The position numbers and the translations under genes are program-made. Of a stretch of DNA of 64,000 nucleotides, positions 34,835 to 43,730 are shown piece after piece. Below the pieces are notes generated by a model that saw nothing but the letters and a program-made list of their open reading frames with translations, had not been told where the DNA came from and made no database searches. Numbering within the stretch: position 1 is the first letter of the stretch; every line of letters begins with the position of its first letter. Origin of the DNA: a virus; IMG/VR virus record IMGVR_UViG_3300019132_000012, positions 1 through 64,000 of that record. One strand, 5' to 3'.

Positions 34835-35080
34835 TCAAGCAACGTTCGTTTGCTGACGAGTCTTGGCCCGCTTCCGGCGCTCGGCGCGGGCCCTGGTTCG
34901 CTCGTTCGGGGTCATGGCCGCGTTCTTCTCGGCCAGGGAAACCCGCTCTTTGCGGTGCTCGATGGCGCAGGTGGCATGCTGGACACGCCACCCGCCGTAG
35001 GGCCTCTTCTCGAAGTACCCATCGCCCGCTGCGCAGTGCTTGCCGCAGCGGTAGCAGGTGCCGGGGAAACGGTTCCTCAT
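34835..35080 (-). CDS. Small zinc-binding-like basic protein (81 aa)
   Basis: CYRCGKHC...HATC; Arg/Lys-rich tail. Confidence 0.5.
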   Translation of the reverse strand: MRNRFPGTCYRCGKHCAAGDGYFEKRPYGGWRVQHATCAIEHRKERVSLAEKNAAMTPNERTRARAERRKRAKTRQQTNVA

Positions 35081-35364
35081 GCGAACGTAGCAACCTCGCG
35101 GTTAGCTTCGACCAATTCGGAAAGGCTGGTTTCCTGCAATGCCTTAGCCTTCATGGTCTGGAGCGTCTCGATGACCTCGTCGATTTTCTCGATGGGGATC
35201 GACATGCGGCTGGCGAACGATGTCCGGTGGCTGTTGACCGGATTGATACAGACCTCCTTGTCCCGCTGCATCAGCATCAGGCTCAGGCCAGTCTGGTGCA
35301 TCGCCCCGTTGCGGCCAAAGGCGCCGTATTCGATCTTCCGGCCGTAGCTAATCTCCTTGATCAT
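35077..35364 (-). CDS. Hypothetical protein (95 aa)
   Basis: ORF; 4-nt overlap. Confidence 0.5.
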   Translation of the reverse strand: MIKEISYGRKIEYGAFGRNGAMHQTGLSLMLMQRDKEVCINPVNSHRTSFASRMSIPIEKIDEVIETLQTMKAKALQETSLSELVEANREVATFA

Positions 35365-35827
35365 TCAGGATCTCCTTGATTGAGGTGTTATCGACGTAGC
35401 CAAAGAAGTCCTCCCCGGCCTCGTCCTCGACGTAGATGCGCTTCTCGGCATCGTCGTTGTCGACCTCGCCGACGATGTAGATGCCGTCCGGCGCATCGCG
35501 GTCGCCATGGACGCGGACCCGGTCGCCTTTTCTGACGACCAGAACCTTCATCGCATCGGGCTTCTCGACGGCGAGCTTCATCCAGTCCTGGGACAGCTGC
35601 TGACCATCGAGGGTCACGCCATCCTCGGTGAGGGTGACGCGGCCCTCCGTGACGTCGGCCACCGCCATCGTCACGTCGGTCAGGTGGATGAGGCGATCCT
35701 CATCGTCGATGCCTTCGAGCAGCAGGGCTTTGACCGTCTCGAAGTTGCCGTGGTCCGCCGCGAGGGTCCAGGGCTGGCCCCTCGCAATGAACATGATCGA
35801 TGTGTCGGTGATCACTCGTGGGATCAT
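35348..35827 (-). CDS. Hypothetical protein (159 aa)
   Basis: ORF immediately downstream of the GHKL ATPase gene. Confidence 0.6.
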   Translation of the reverse strand: MIPRVITDTSIMFIARGQPWTLAADHGNFETVKALLLEGIDDEDRLIHLTDVTMAVADVTEGRVTLTEDGVTLDGQQLSQDWMKLAVEKPDAMKVLVVRKGDRVRVHGDRDAPDGIYIVGEVDNDDAEKRIYVEDEAGEDFFGYVDNTSIKEILNDQGD

Positions 35828-35828
35828 G

Positions 35829-37982
35829 TTAGGCTCCGATGATGATGGGCTCCTGGGCGTCCTCCACGGCCTGGGCCGCCTGCTCCCGTTCTTCGCAGGC
35901 GAGAAGCCGGAAGTATTCGTTCAGAGCCGTCTGACGCTTGTTCTTGGTGTCGTAGCCATAGCCGTAGTGATGATCGGCGATCACCCGGAACAGCGGGTAC
36001 TTCTTGATCATCGCTTGGTACTTGTCATTGATCGCCTGCGTCGGGCTCGGGAAGGTCGGCTCCTGGACGGTGTGACCGATCATCTTCAACGCCTCGATGG
36101 CGCGGTCGGTGTCGGTCCGCGTGTAGGTGCCGCGCTGCAGCCGCTCGATGATCGGCATGACCTCCTCCTTGAAGGCCTTCATCGGGGCAGGAGCCTGCGT
36201 CAGGTCGTATTCCCTGACGAACTGCCGGACGTGGGCATCGAGACTCGACTCGGTGCGGCCGTAGAACTCGTCGCGGGTGGAGAAGTCTACCTTCGCCTCG
36301 ATCAGCGGCTTGAGCTTGTCGGCAATGAACGTCCAGCCTCCGGTGAGAACATCCTTCTCCTGTTTGATCAGGATCTCGGTATCCTCCGGGAGCACCTTCA
36401 GTTCCGCCGCCAGCTTGAGGAAGCGCTCCATCGTGCCTTGCGACACGCGGATGCCCCGACCGATGAACCAGTTGGCATCGTACTTGCCATGGCCATATTC
36501 GGTGTCGCGGTAGACATAGAAGCCACCGCCAGCCAGATCGACATCCTCGGCCTCGATGTGCATGCCGTACTGAGTGGCCGTGATGGTCCGGCGCTTGCGC
36601 ACGGTCTTCGCCCGCTTCTCGGTCGGAGACTTCTTCTCCAGCTTGAAGTCGTCGAGTGTGATGTATCCGGCCGGATTGCCGATCTGGGTCAGGACGCTCG
36701 CCAGATCGTCGCGCTTGACGCGGATCCAGAGGAATCTCTCGTCGTCGAGTCCGGCCGCCGCGAGGCGTTCCTTCGAGCGGTACGGGTTATGCTCGATGGC
36801 GATCTTGAAGCCCTCCAGGGTACGGAAATCGACCTTGCCGCCCTCAAACTTCTCGACGCTCCTGCCGCCATGGCTGACCTTCATCATCTTGGCGTGCAGC
36901 AGCTCCGCGCCCGCCGCTCGCAGATGCAGGCCACGCCACTTGATCTGCGAATGCAGCCAGTCCTGGCGCCACTGACCGAGATTGCCGGTCTCGTCATAAA
37001 AGATCCTGCAGGCCGCGAAGTAACTGTCGGCCGCTTGGACCTTGGCGCGGATCTGTTCCAGGTTTGACGTCTCGTACTGCCGCACCAGACGCTCCAGCGT
37101 TGCCTTCGTGCGCTCGTCATAGGCCAGGGCCTCGCGGGAGAGCGTCACGGAGAGCGATCCGATGGGGGCCTCGAACAGCACCGCATCATCCTCGTTGAGC
37201 ATCTGCGAGCCCTGGATCTGACGCAGATCGAAGGGATACATCACCGGACCCAGTTGCACATGCGGCCCGTCGAACGGCACCGTGTGAGCGTGATAGCGCG
37301 TCCAGCCCTCGCCTTTCATGTACACTTTGGGCTCGCCCCATTCGATCTCCGGGAAGACCTTCGGGCGCGGATGGAACGACCAGTAGATCTCCTTTGCCCG
37401 ATGGTGGAAGGCGTAGATGTCGTTGCGCGACACTGAGAACGACACCTCGACGCCGGTCTCCTCGTCCGTATCCTCCTCGTGGATCATGCGGAGCTTCGGC
37501 TTACCGGCCTGATCGAGCGACATCGTCCAGATCCGTTTCTTGCCCTCGGACCAGGTCGTGATCGTGAACATGCCGGTGCCGCTCTCGCCGATCAGGTAGG
37601 CGAAGGGCGACATCTTGCCCAGGCCCCAGCCACCGGCCTCTTTGTCGGACAAGCGCTTGGTCGAGGCATAGAGACGAGAATAGACGTCCTCCATGACCTG
37701 CTTGGTCATGCTGTGGCCGTAGTCACGGATGCGGAAAGTCGGGTTGAGGTTGGTCGGCAGGAAGATACGGGGCACCTTGTCCTCGGGCACCTCGTCGCCG
37801 AAGCGGGCCACCGAGGCGTCCCAGGCATTGGTGGCGAGTTCCCGGATCGGGTAGCCGATCTTGTCCTTCGCCAGGCCTGACATCTGGGCAAAGAAGGCAA
37901 CGCCGTTGGCCTCGATGGTGACGTCGATTTCGTCCATCACGCCAGCGGTGATGTCGGTGTGTTCGCGCAGGGCGAGTTTCAT
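35829..37982 (-). CDS. GHKL (Bergerat-fold) ATPase, RIIA-like (717 aa)
   Basis: IRELATNAWDAS (N box), IRDYGHSMT (G1-like) and GGWGLGKMSPF (G2-like). The size and N-terminal ATPase resemble phage RIIA-type proteins. Confidence 0.6.
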   Translation of the reverse strand: MKLALREHTDITAGVMDEIDVTIEANGVAFFAQMSGLAKDKIGYPIRELATNAWDASVARFGDEVPEDKVPRIFLPTNLNPTFRIRDYGHSMTKQVMEDVYSRLYASTKRLSDKEAGGWGLGKMSPFAYLIGESGTGMFTITTWSEGKKRIWTMSLDQAGKPKLRMIHEEDTDEETGVEVSFSVSRNDIYAFHHRAKEIYWSFHPRPKVFPEIEWGEPKVYMKGEGWTRYHAHTVPFDGPHVQLGPVMYPFDLRQIQGSQMLNEDDAVLFEAPIGSLSVTLSREALAYDERTKATLERLVRQYETSNLEQIRAKVQAADSYFAACRIFYDETGNLGQWRQDWLHSQIKWRGLHLRAAGAELLHAKMMKVSHGGRSVEKFEGGKVDFRTLEGFKIAIEHNPYRSKERLAAAGLDDERFLWIRVKRDDLASVLTQIGNPAGYITLDDFKLEKKSPTEKRAKTVRKRRTITATQYGMHIEAEDVDLAGGGFYVYRDTEYGHGKYDANWFIGRGIRVSQGTMERFLKLAAELKVLPEDTEILIKQEKDVLTGGWTFIADKLKPLIEAKVDFSTRDEFYGRTESSLDAHVRQFVREYDLTQAPAPMKAFKEEVMPIIERLQRGTYTRTDTDRAIEALKMIGHTVQEPTFPSPTQAINDKYQAMIKKYPLFRVIADHHYGYGYDTKNKRQTALNEYFRLLACEEREQAAQAVEDAQEPIIIGA

Positions 37983-37996
37983 GGGTCAGATCCTTT

Positions 37997-38015
37997 CTTT
38001 GAATTCGTGCAAACG
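37997..38015 (-). promoter_or_regulatory. Motif copy
   Basis: ctttgaattcgtgcaaacg, upstream of the GHKL ATPase gene. Confidence 0.45.
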
Positions 38016-38023
38016 ATCAGGCG

Positions 38024-38980
38024 CTAAGAGGCCTTCCTGAGTGTGGGGAAGCGTTCGGCGCGGCGCTGGTCTCGCTCGAACAGGACCAGGTTCTTAAACT
38101 GCTCAAAATCGAGCGGCATGGATTCGAGCACGGTCGCGACGTCCTCGGGATAGCTGAAGCAGAGGTCGAAGAAGTCGCGCGGGCCCCGGCCAAGGCGGCT
38201 GAGCCCGCCGAAGCCGCCGAAGCTGAACTGCTTCTCCTCGACCTTGCTCGGGTCACGCTCGATGACGAGCTGCGCGGCGTCGATCTTGATCATCGCATCG
38301 CGTAAGCGGAACAGATGATCGACATCGAGCCGCTCGGCGCTCGTGTGGGCATCGTAGTAGCCGACCGCGACGTTCGTGCATTCCGGCACCAGGCGGTGAT
38401 AGCTCTTGGTGTCGGTGAACGAGCCGTTGGCGTCGGGCTTAAAGCCGTCCGGCAACTGGGCGGCGAGCGACCGGGCGAACTCGTCCGAGGCTCCGCGCTC
38501 GCCCATTTGGTGGGTGATGACGGAGTCGGTGCCCTTGCGGTCGAAGGCGACCGCCGCCTGGATGCCCTTCAGCAGCTCCGGGGTGTTCTTGGCGATGTTC
38601 TCCGATCCGATGCGGCCGATCTCCTCCTGGGCGTGGAAGATGTAACGGCCGGGAACTTTCGCCTCGATCATCTTCATCATGATGAAGTTGCCTGCCGCGT
38701 CGTCGGCGCCGAGGCACGACGCCTTCGACTTCTTGTGCAGGGCGATGTATTTGCCGTCGAAGACGATCCTCTGCTTGCCCTCGCCGCGATGCACGGAATC
38801 GGTGTGACTCGACCACAGGACGGTCGGGTTCTCGCCGATGTCGAGGATCAGGTTGCCGAACTTATCCTCCTGCACACCCAGCGGCACCAGGAACCGCTGG
38901 CGGTATTCCTGTTCGGTCGGGCCACCGGCAGGCCGCTTGTAGCGGTGCATTTCCATCAATAGCTCAAGATCAGCGGACAT
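38024..38980 (-). CDS. M20/M28/M42-like metallopeptidase-fold protein (318 aa)
   Basis: WSSHTDSV, CLGADDAAGNFIMMKM and HAQEEIG match the metal-ligand motifs of the aminopeptidase clan. Confidence 0.55.
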   Translation of the reverse strand: MSADLELLMEMHRYKRPAGGPTEQEYRQRFLVPLGVQEDKFGNLILDIGENPTVLWSSHTDSVHRGEGKQRIVFDGKYIALHKKSKASCLGADDAAGNFIMMKMIEAKVPGRYIFHAQEEIGRIGSENIAKNTPELLKGIQAAVAFDRKGTDSVITHQMGERGASDEFARSLAAQLPDGFKPDANGSFTDTKSYHRLVPECTNVAVGYYDAHTSAERLDVDHLFRLRDAMIKIDAAQLVIERDPSKVEEKQFSFGGFGGLSRLGRGPRDFFDLCFSYPEDVATVLESMPLDFEQFKNLVLFERDQRRAERFPTLRKAS

Positions 38981-38988
38981 GGTGCCTC

Positions 38989-40041
38989 CTACGCGGCTTC
39001 GTTGAGTGTCGGCAGCGTGACTTCGGTCAGGGTGTGGGTGACCGTCTCGCCGCTGGGCGTGGTGATGGTGAGGGTGAACCGAGTGGGTTCGAGCCTCGGT
39101 TTTTCAGCAAAGACAGCCTTGATCAGGCCGGTCGTGTTGCTGGCGGGCATCGGGCCGGTTGGATCGATGACGAGGAAATCGCCATTGTCGCGCACCCTGG
39201 TTGCGCCCGATCCATGCTCGGTATCATTGTCGACGTAGGGCACGACGAAATGATCGACGCCGCCGTGCTTGACGACATGGCGCAGCAGGCGGGCTCCGGC
39301 AAAGGCGTGAGCATCGCCCTCGCGCCAGCCCATCATCTCCATCCGCCGCTTGAGGCGGCCGGAATTGTCCGAGTAGATGCGGCCATGGAGTTTCTTGTCG
39401 GGCCAGCAGATGCAGCGCTCGGCAGGCTTGCCCGACTTCGACAGGGTATAGGCGATGGCGAGATCGCCTGCCGCATAGACCCGCGTCGGATGAAACGGCG
39501 ACCAGAAGTAGTCGCGCTTCGCCTTGTTGCGCTGGTACCAGGTCGTCATGCACGAGGTGGCATCGCAGGACTCGTAGACCTTCTCGATCTCATCCTCGGT
39601 CTTGGCGAAGAACACTTCGTTGCCATGATCCACCATGCGGGCATAGCGCATCATCTCTTCTTGCCCGATCTGCCGGTAGAAGCGGGCCAGGTACTGCGTC
39701 GGCGTCATGACGGTGGCTTTGTCGAGCACCGCATGTTCCGCCTTGGCAAAGAACGAGACCATCTCCTCGTCGTCGGCGGCCAGGTGCAGGAAGTGGCCGT
39801 CGATGGGCGGCAGATCCCAGGTCGCGGGGAGGGGCTTCAGCTCGCCGCTGTCGAGGCGCTGCTGCTGACGCGCCCGCCAGTCCGGGGCGTGCTTCATGCG
39901 CCGCCCCAGAACCTTCTTGCCGGTTTCCCGCTCCAGTTTCTTGGCCCAGCGGGCGGCCATGGGCCCGGTCTTGAACGGGCCGTATTTGCTGACCGGCGTC
40001 TCGGTGCCGTCATCGTTGATCTGCACAAGATAGAACGACAT
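38989..40041 (-). CDS. Hypothetical protein (350 aa)
   Basis: Start MSFYLVQIND after AAGGAG; long ORF with normal composition. Confidence 0.65.
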   Translation of the reverse strand: MSFYLVQINDDGTETPVSKYGPFKTGPMAARWAKKLERETGKKVLGRRMKHAPDWRARQQQRLDSGELKPLPATWDLPPIDGHFLHLAADDEEMVSFFAKAEHAVLDKATVMTPTQYLARFYRQIGQEEMMRYARMVDHGNEVFFAKTEDEIEKVYESCDATSCMTTWYQRNKAKRDYFWSPFHPTRVYAAGDLAIAYTLSKSGKPAERCICWPDKKLHGRIYSDNSGRLKRRMEMMGWREGDAHAFAGARLLRHVVKHGGVDHFVVPYVDNDTEHGSGATRVRDNGDFLVIDPTGPMPASNTTGLIKAVFAEKPRLEPTRFTLTITTPSGETVTHTLTEVTLPTLNEAA

Positions 40042-40050
40042 GTTCACTCC

Positions 40051-40077
40051 TTTGCATTTGCTTTTGCATTCAAGCGC
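40051..40077 (-). promoter_or_regulatory. Motif cluster
   Basis: tttgcatttgcttttgcattcaagcgc. Confidence 0.45.
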
Positions 40078-40078
40078 A

Positions 40079-40363
40079 TCAATGCGCAAGCGAAAACTCC
40101 GGGAACTCCTTCACGAGGAAGTGCATGGTGGGCTCCCAGAGGGGATTGTCTTTGGCCCATTCGACACGCCAGGAGCGGTAATCCTCGCCGCGTGAGCCGC
40201 CGCGCTGGATTACGGTGCCGCAGTCTTCCCCTTCTTTGTGGAAGTAGTGGTCGACCGCGTTCCGTTGCGGGTAGCCTTTGGTCGGCCCGGTCGTGCCGAG
40301 ATAGACGCAGGTTTGGCAATCGTGCTCGTAGACGGGGCCGGTGTCTTCTTCGCAGTGGACCAT
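40079..40363 (-). CDS. Hypothetical protein (94 aa)
   Basis: ORF with normal composition. Confidence 0.55.
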   Translation of the reverse strand: MVHCEEDTGPVYEHDCQTCVYLGTTGPTKGYPQRNAVDHYFHKEGEDCGTVIQRGGSRGEDYRSWRVEWAKDNPLWEPTMHFLVKEFPEFSLAH

Positions 40364-40530
40364 GGCTGGAATTTCCTGAACAGAAAGGTTTGCATGAACA
40401 TCTGCGCCGTGGTGTCGTCCTTGTAGGCGACGGTGACGACGCCATCGAGCTTCTCCGTGCGCTCTCGCTCGACCGTCACGGAGACCTTGTTGCCTGATCG
40501 ATCCCGATACAGGCCTGGCTTTACTCCCAT
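40210..40530 (-). CDS. Hypothetical protein; 3' end uncertain (long overlap)
   Basis: MGVKPGLYRDRSGNKVSVTVERERTEKLDGVVTVAYKDDTTAQMFMQTFLFRKFQPW looks genuine. The frame then continues about 150 nt into the next gene as low-complexity sequence. Confidence 0.35.
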   Translation of the reverse strand: MGVKPGLYRDRSGNKVSVTVERERTEKLDGVVTVAYKDDTTAQMFMQTFLFRKFQPWSTAKKTPAPSTSTIAKPASISARPGRPKATRNGTRSTTTSTKKGKTAAP

Positions 40531-40618
40531 GACAAACTCCAAAGGAAAAGGCTGATGAGGCCTAGGACGAGAAGGATGCGATACCAGGCCGGTGTCACAT
40601 CCCAGATAGTGGATCTTC

Positions 40619-40936
40619 TCATGGCTCTGTCCCGAAATTCGACAAGGTCTCAACGAAGACGCGCTTGTCGTATCCGTTCTTGGCCTTGAGATTGCTGGTG
40701 ATGCCGACATCGCCGAAGCGGGATGCCATCGTGACACGCACGCGCTGGCCCTCGAAGTCAGCGAAGAGCACCGGCTCGGGATTCTTCCAGATATGCTGGT
40801 GCAGATGCTCGGGGATGTGCTTCTCGCAGCCCTCGTAGTAGAACTGAAGCGAGGCCGGAAGGCGCTTGAAATGCAGGAACCGCCGCAACGCCTCGGGCTG
40901 TGTCTCGTCCTCAATATAATCGTCGCAGTGCTTCAT
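40619..40936 (-). CDS. Hypothetical protein (105 aa)
   Basis: ORF; 4-nt overlap upstream. Confidence 0.55.
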   Translation of the reverse strand: MKHCDDYIEDETQPEALRRFLHFKRLPASLQFYYEGCEKHIPEHLHQHIWKNPEPVLFADFEGQRVRVTMASRFGDVGITSNLKAKNGYDKRVFVETLSNFGTEP

Positions 40937-41298
40937 GCTGCCCTCTTTTCGTGGCGGTAGAATTGGGGTTTCGGGGTCTCGTACCAGAAGGCGACACGAG
41001 GCGGTTCCTCGAACGCCACGACCACAACCGGATTGGCGTCCTGGTATTTGCGCTCAGCCTTGCGCAAGGTGGCTCCGCTCTCGCGGGCGGTGTCTACCAG
41101 CAGCAGGCGGCCGAGATGAGTGGGCACCTTCGATCCGTAAGGGATGAAGGGAATGCCGAGCAGATGCGATGCGTAGACCGCAGCGACCGCGCCGGAACGG
41201 CCAGGGCCTGTGACCGAGCCGACCTTCGACAAATCGGTTGTCCCAAGTACCTGGCGCAGACGTGCGGCGAACTCAGCCTCCGTCACGATCCTCATCAC
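40933..41298 (-). CDS. Short phosphoribosyltransferase-like protein (121 aa)
   Basis: RLLLVDTARESGATL resembles the PRPP-binding loop (hydrophobic-x-DD/T..SG.T). GPGRSGAVAA lies upstream. Confidence 0.45.
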   Translation of the reverse strand: MMRIVTEAEFAARLRQVLGTTDLSKVGSVTGPGRSGAVAAVYASHLLGIPFIPYGSKVPTHLGRLLLVDTARESGATLRKAERKYQDANPVVVVAFEEPPRVAFWYETPKPQFYRHEKRAA

Positions 41299-41507
41299 CG
41301 GTCTCTCCGTGCAACGTGGATCGTCTTGAGGACATGGATGGCGTTACCCGGAAAGGCGGCAGCGAGACGCTCAGCCTCTTCGATAGCCCGTTTCTCGCTG
41401 CTGTGGATCCCGCCGTAGATGCGGTCGAGGTCGGTGACGTAGTACACCGTGTACGGGTTTTCGCGCTGACGGCGGCTGAACAGCCAGGAAAAAAGACGTC
41501 CGATCAT
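41295..41507 (-). CDS. Hypothetical protein (70 aa)
   Basis: Internal start MIGRLFSWLF. Confidence 0.45.
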   Translation of the reverse strand: MIGRLFSWLFSRRQRENPYTVYYVTDLDRIYGGIHSSEKRAIEEAERLAAAFPGNAIHVLKTIHVARRDR

Positions 41508-41677
41508 TGCAGCTTCCTTTTCCTTTCTACGGTTGCGCCGACGTACCAGCGCCAGCGTTCGCTCTCGAATTTCTCCAGGGTTCCCCGCTTGTCGCGCTGC
41601 CAACCGACGATGATCTCGTCGGGATCGGCACCGATGCTCTTGCAATAGGCTCTGGCGTTGGCTTCACCGGGGCTCAT
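41504..41677 (-). CDS. Small protein (57 aa), coupled at both ends
   Basis: MSPGEANARAYCKSIGADPDEIIVGWQRDKRGTLEKFESERWRWYVGATVERKRKLQ. ATGA overlaps on both sides. Below the track cutoff. Confidence 0.45.
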   Translation of the reverse strand: MSPGEANARAYCKSIGADPDEIIVGWQRDKRGTLEKFESERWRWYVGATVERKRKLQ

Positions 41678-42309
41678 GCTGTCGCTCCATTGACGAGCTG
41701 CAGGCCGTCGATAGCGTGGCGTGTGAGCTGGACGCGCATGCCGTCAGGACGACGCCAGACGAGCTTGCGGCCCTGGCGTGCAGAAAGGGTTATGGTCTCG
41801 GCCGTGACGCCGTCCGTGAACCGCAGCGGCGAGCTGAAACGGAACACCGCACCGGGCCGCATGGCCTGCTCGACTTGGATCCTGGCGCGGCAGCGCTCAC
41901 GCCATTCGTAGGCACTGAGCAGAGGATCGTAGGCCGTCTTGCCTTCGGCTTCCGCCACTGCCTTCTTGGCGAGCGCGGCGTCGAGCGCTAACGGCTTGAA
42001 TGGCGACAGGAGATCGAGGATCTTAGCCGGACAGCTCGATTCGACCGGCCCCATGAACTCGTCCATGTCCTTGTAGCCGAAGTTGTAGTAATCCCTCGGC
42101 ACCCACTTGATCAGACAGACGATGGCGACGACGACCTTGCCGTTTTCGTCCGGCACGAGGCGCTCGTCGGTGGTCTCCAGGGCGACATAGAACGCGCCGT
42201 TCTTCGTGGCCGCTGCCTTGATGCGCGAGGCGAAATCGTTGCCCCATTGATGAGCGAACCAGTCTCGGTCGCTGATGCCCTTGGAACGGTGGGAGAATGT
42301 CCATCCCAT
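41674..42309 (-). CDS. Hypothetical protein (211 aa)
   Basis: Long ORF with normal composition. Confidence 0.65.
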   Translation of the reverse strand: MGWTFSHRSKGISDRDWFAHQWGNDFASRIKAAATKNGAFYVALETTDERLVPDENGKVVVAIVCLIKWVPRDYYNFGYKDMDEFMGPVESSCPAKILDLLSPFKPLALDAALAKKAVAEAEGKTAYDPLLSAYEWRERCRARIQVEQAMRPGAVFRFSSPLRFTDGVTAETITLSARQGRKLVWRRPDGMRVQLTRHAIDGLQLVNGATA

Positions 42310-42318
42310 GTTGCCCTC

Positions 42319-42675
42319 CTATGCGTAGACGAGATCGGCGGGGTGATCTTCGTCGCCGCTGCGCCCGTCGATTCCGAAGGAAGCGTCGACCTGCCAGGCA
42401 GGGACGCGGGCGATGATGTTGAGACCGTCATCCGAAAGTCGGACGTTCTCGACAGAAAGCCCCGCTCGCAACTGAAGAGGCTTCGTGATGTCGAGCGGTG
42501 TCTTCTTCGACAGATGCTCGCTTGCCCTCTGAATCCACTTCACTCGGGAGGCATCGCTTAGGCGCTCCCATTGCGGGTAATCCAAGTCCACTGCATCGGC
42601 CATGGAACGGTTTTCCTCGTAGAGATCCTGAGCGGCAATGAGGACTTGAGCAGGCGTGTACCAGGGTGTGGACAT
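42319..42675 (-). CDS. Hypothetical protein (118 aa)
   Basis: ORF in the operon. Confidence 0.55.
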   Translation of the reverse strand: MSTPWYTPAQVLIAAQDLYEENRSMADAVDLDYPQWERLSDASRVKWIQRASEHLSKKTPLDITKPLQLRAGLSVENVRLSDDGLNIIARVPAWQVDASFGIDGRSGDEDHPADLVYA

Positions 42676-42677
42676 GG

Positions 42678-42902
42678 TCAGATCCCGTATTTGAATTGAT
42701 GGACGAAGCGGCGCTCAGCGCGACGGTCCTTGCCGCGCTGAGTCTTGGCGAAGGGAGCCGGGTGCTTCTTCCAGGTTGAGAGCTTCAGCAACTCCAACAG
42801 CAAATCCCGAGGGATGCCGGATGAGCCGCCGCGATCAGCAGGGTGGCGCCAGCGCTTACGCAACCGGACCCGCTCTTCCCTTCGGACGTGCATGTAGCGC
42901 AT
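42678..42902 (-). CDS. Small basic protein (74 aa)
   Basis: Internal start MRYMHVRREE; weak RBS. Confidence 0.4.
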   Translation of the reverse strand: MRYMHVRREERVRLRKRWRHPADRGGSSGIPRDLLLELLKLSTWKKHPAPFAKTQRGKDRRAERRFVHQFKYGI

Positions 42903-42911
42903 TTGCTTACC

Positions 42912-42931
42912 CCATTTGCATTCATGCAACC
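42912..42931 (-). promoter_or_regulatory. Motif copy overlapping the 3' end of the flavin reductase gene
   Basis: ccatttgcattcatgcaacc. Confidence 0.4.
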
Positions 42932-43431
42932 ATACGGGCAGCAGACGGCATTTCCGCTGCACGACGGTATGTGCGGTTGTGGTAGACCAAGGCCTCACGC
43001 GGCGGACCGGTGAACACCTGCTGGATGGTGCCGAGGATGGCGTAGTGCGTGGCGATGTACCGGAATTCGGACGCATGACACTCGAACGACACCAGGCTCG
43101 ACTTCAGACGCGGACAATCGCCTTCCATGTCCCAGTCGCCATAGAGGAAGCGCTCGGCCCCGGAGATGCCGCGCTGACCGGCGAAGATGTCGGCGAGCGC
43201 CTGGTCGTCGCAGGAGAGGGTGTTGACGGTGAAACAGCCGTTCTCCTCGATGAGTTTCGCGACCGAGGCCTTGGTGTTGAGGCAGATCATCAGGGTCGGG
43301 GGCGAGTCGGTGATCGACGTGAAGGCCGAGATGGTGCAGCCGCCGAGACCGGCAGGGCCGTCCGTGGACACGATGTGAACCGCGCTGCTGACACAACTCA
43401 TGCCGTTTCTGAAATCGGTAACATTGCACAT
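42922..43431 (-). CDS. Flavin reductase-like (FMN-binding split-barrel) protein
   Basis: FRNGMSCVSSAVHIVSTDG...GCTISAFTSITDSPPTLMICLN...FTVNTL fits HpaC/RutF-type NAD(P)H-flavin reductases. Confidence 0.7.
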   Translation of the reverse strand: MCNVTDFRNGMSCVSSAVHIVSTDGPAGLGGCTISAFTSITDSPPTLMICLNTKASVAKLIEENGCFTVNTLSCDDQALADIFAGQRGISGAERFLYGDWDMEGDCPRLKSSLVSFECHASEFRYIATHYAILGTIQQVFTGPPREALVYHNRTYRRAAEMPSAARMVA

Positions 43432-43433
43432 GG

Positions 43434-43730
43434 CTATCCCTTCCTTTCCTCATGTTCGCTGATGGGCTCTGCCTCGAAGTCGAGCCAGGATTCCATTTCC
43501 TCGTTGTAGATCGACTGCGCCTCGTCCTCGTCGACGCCGTCCTGCTCCATGATCTCGCCGATCTCGCGGAGGCCGTGCATCCCGGCGTAGCTCTCGTATT
43601 CCTCGATGGCGAGCTGACGAGCCTCTTCCATCGCCTCGTCGAGATCTTTGGCATGGGTGATCTGCCATTCGGCGTTTTTGACCCCGCCGAAGCCACCGCC
43701 GAGGGCGCCGCGAATTCTGAACCGTGGCAT
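43434..43730 (-). CDS. Hypothetical acidic protein (98 aa)
   Basis: Internal start MPRFRIRGALGGG. Confidence 0.5.
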   Translation of the reverse strand: MPRFRIRGALGGGFGGVKNAEWQITHAKDLDEAMEEARQLAIEEYESYAGMHGLREIGEIMEQDGVDEDEAQSIYNEEMESWLDFEAEPISEHEERKG

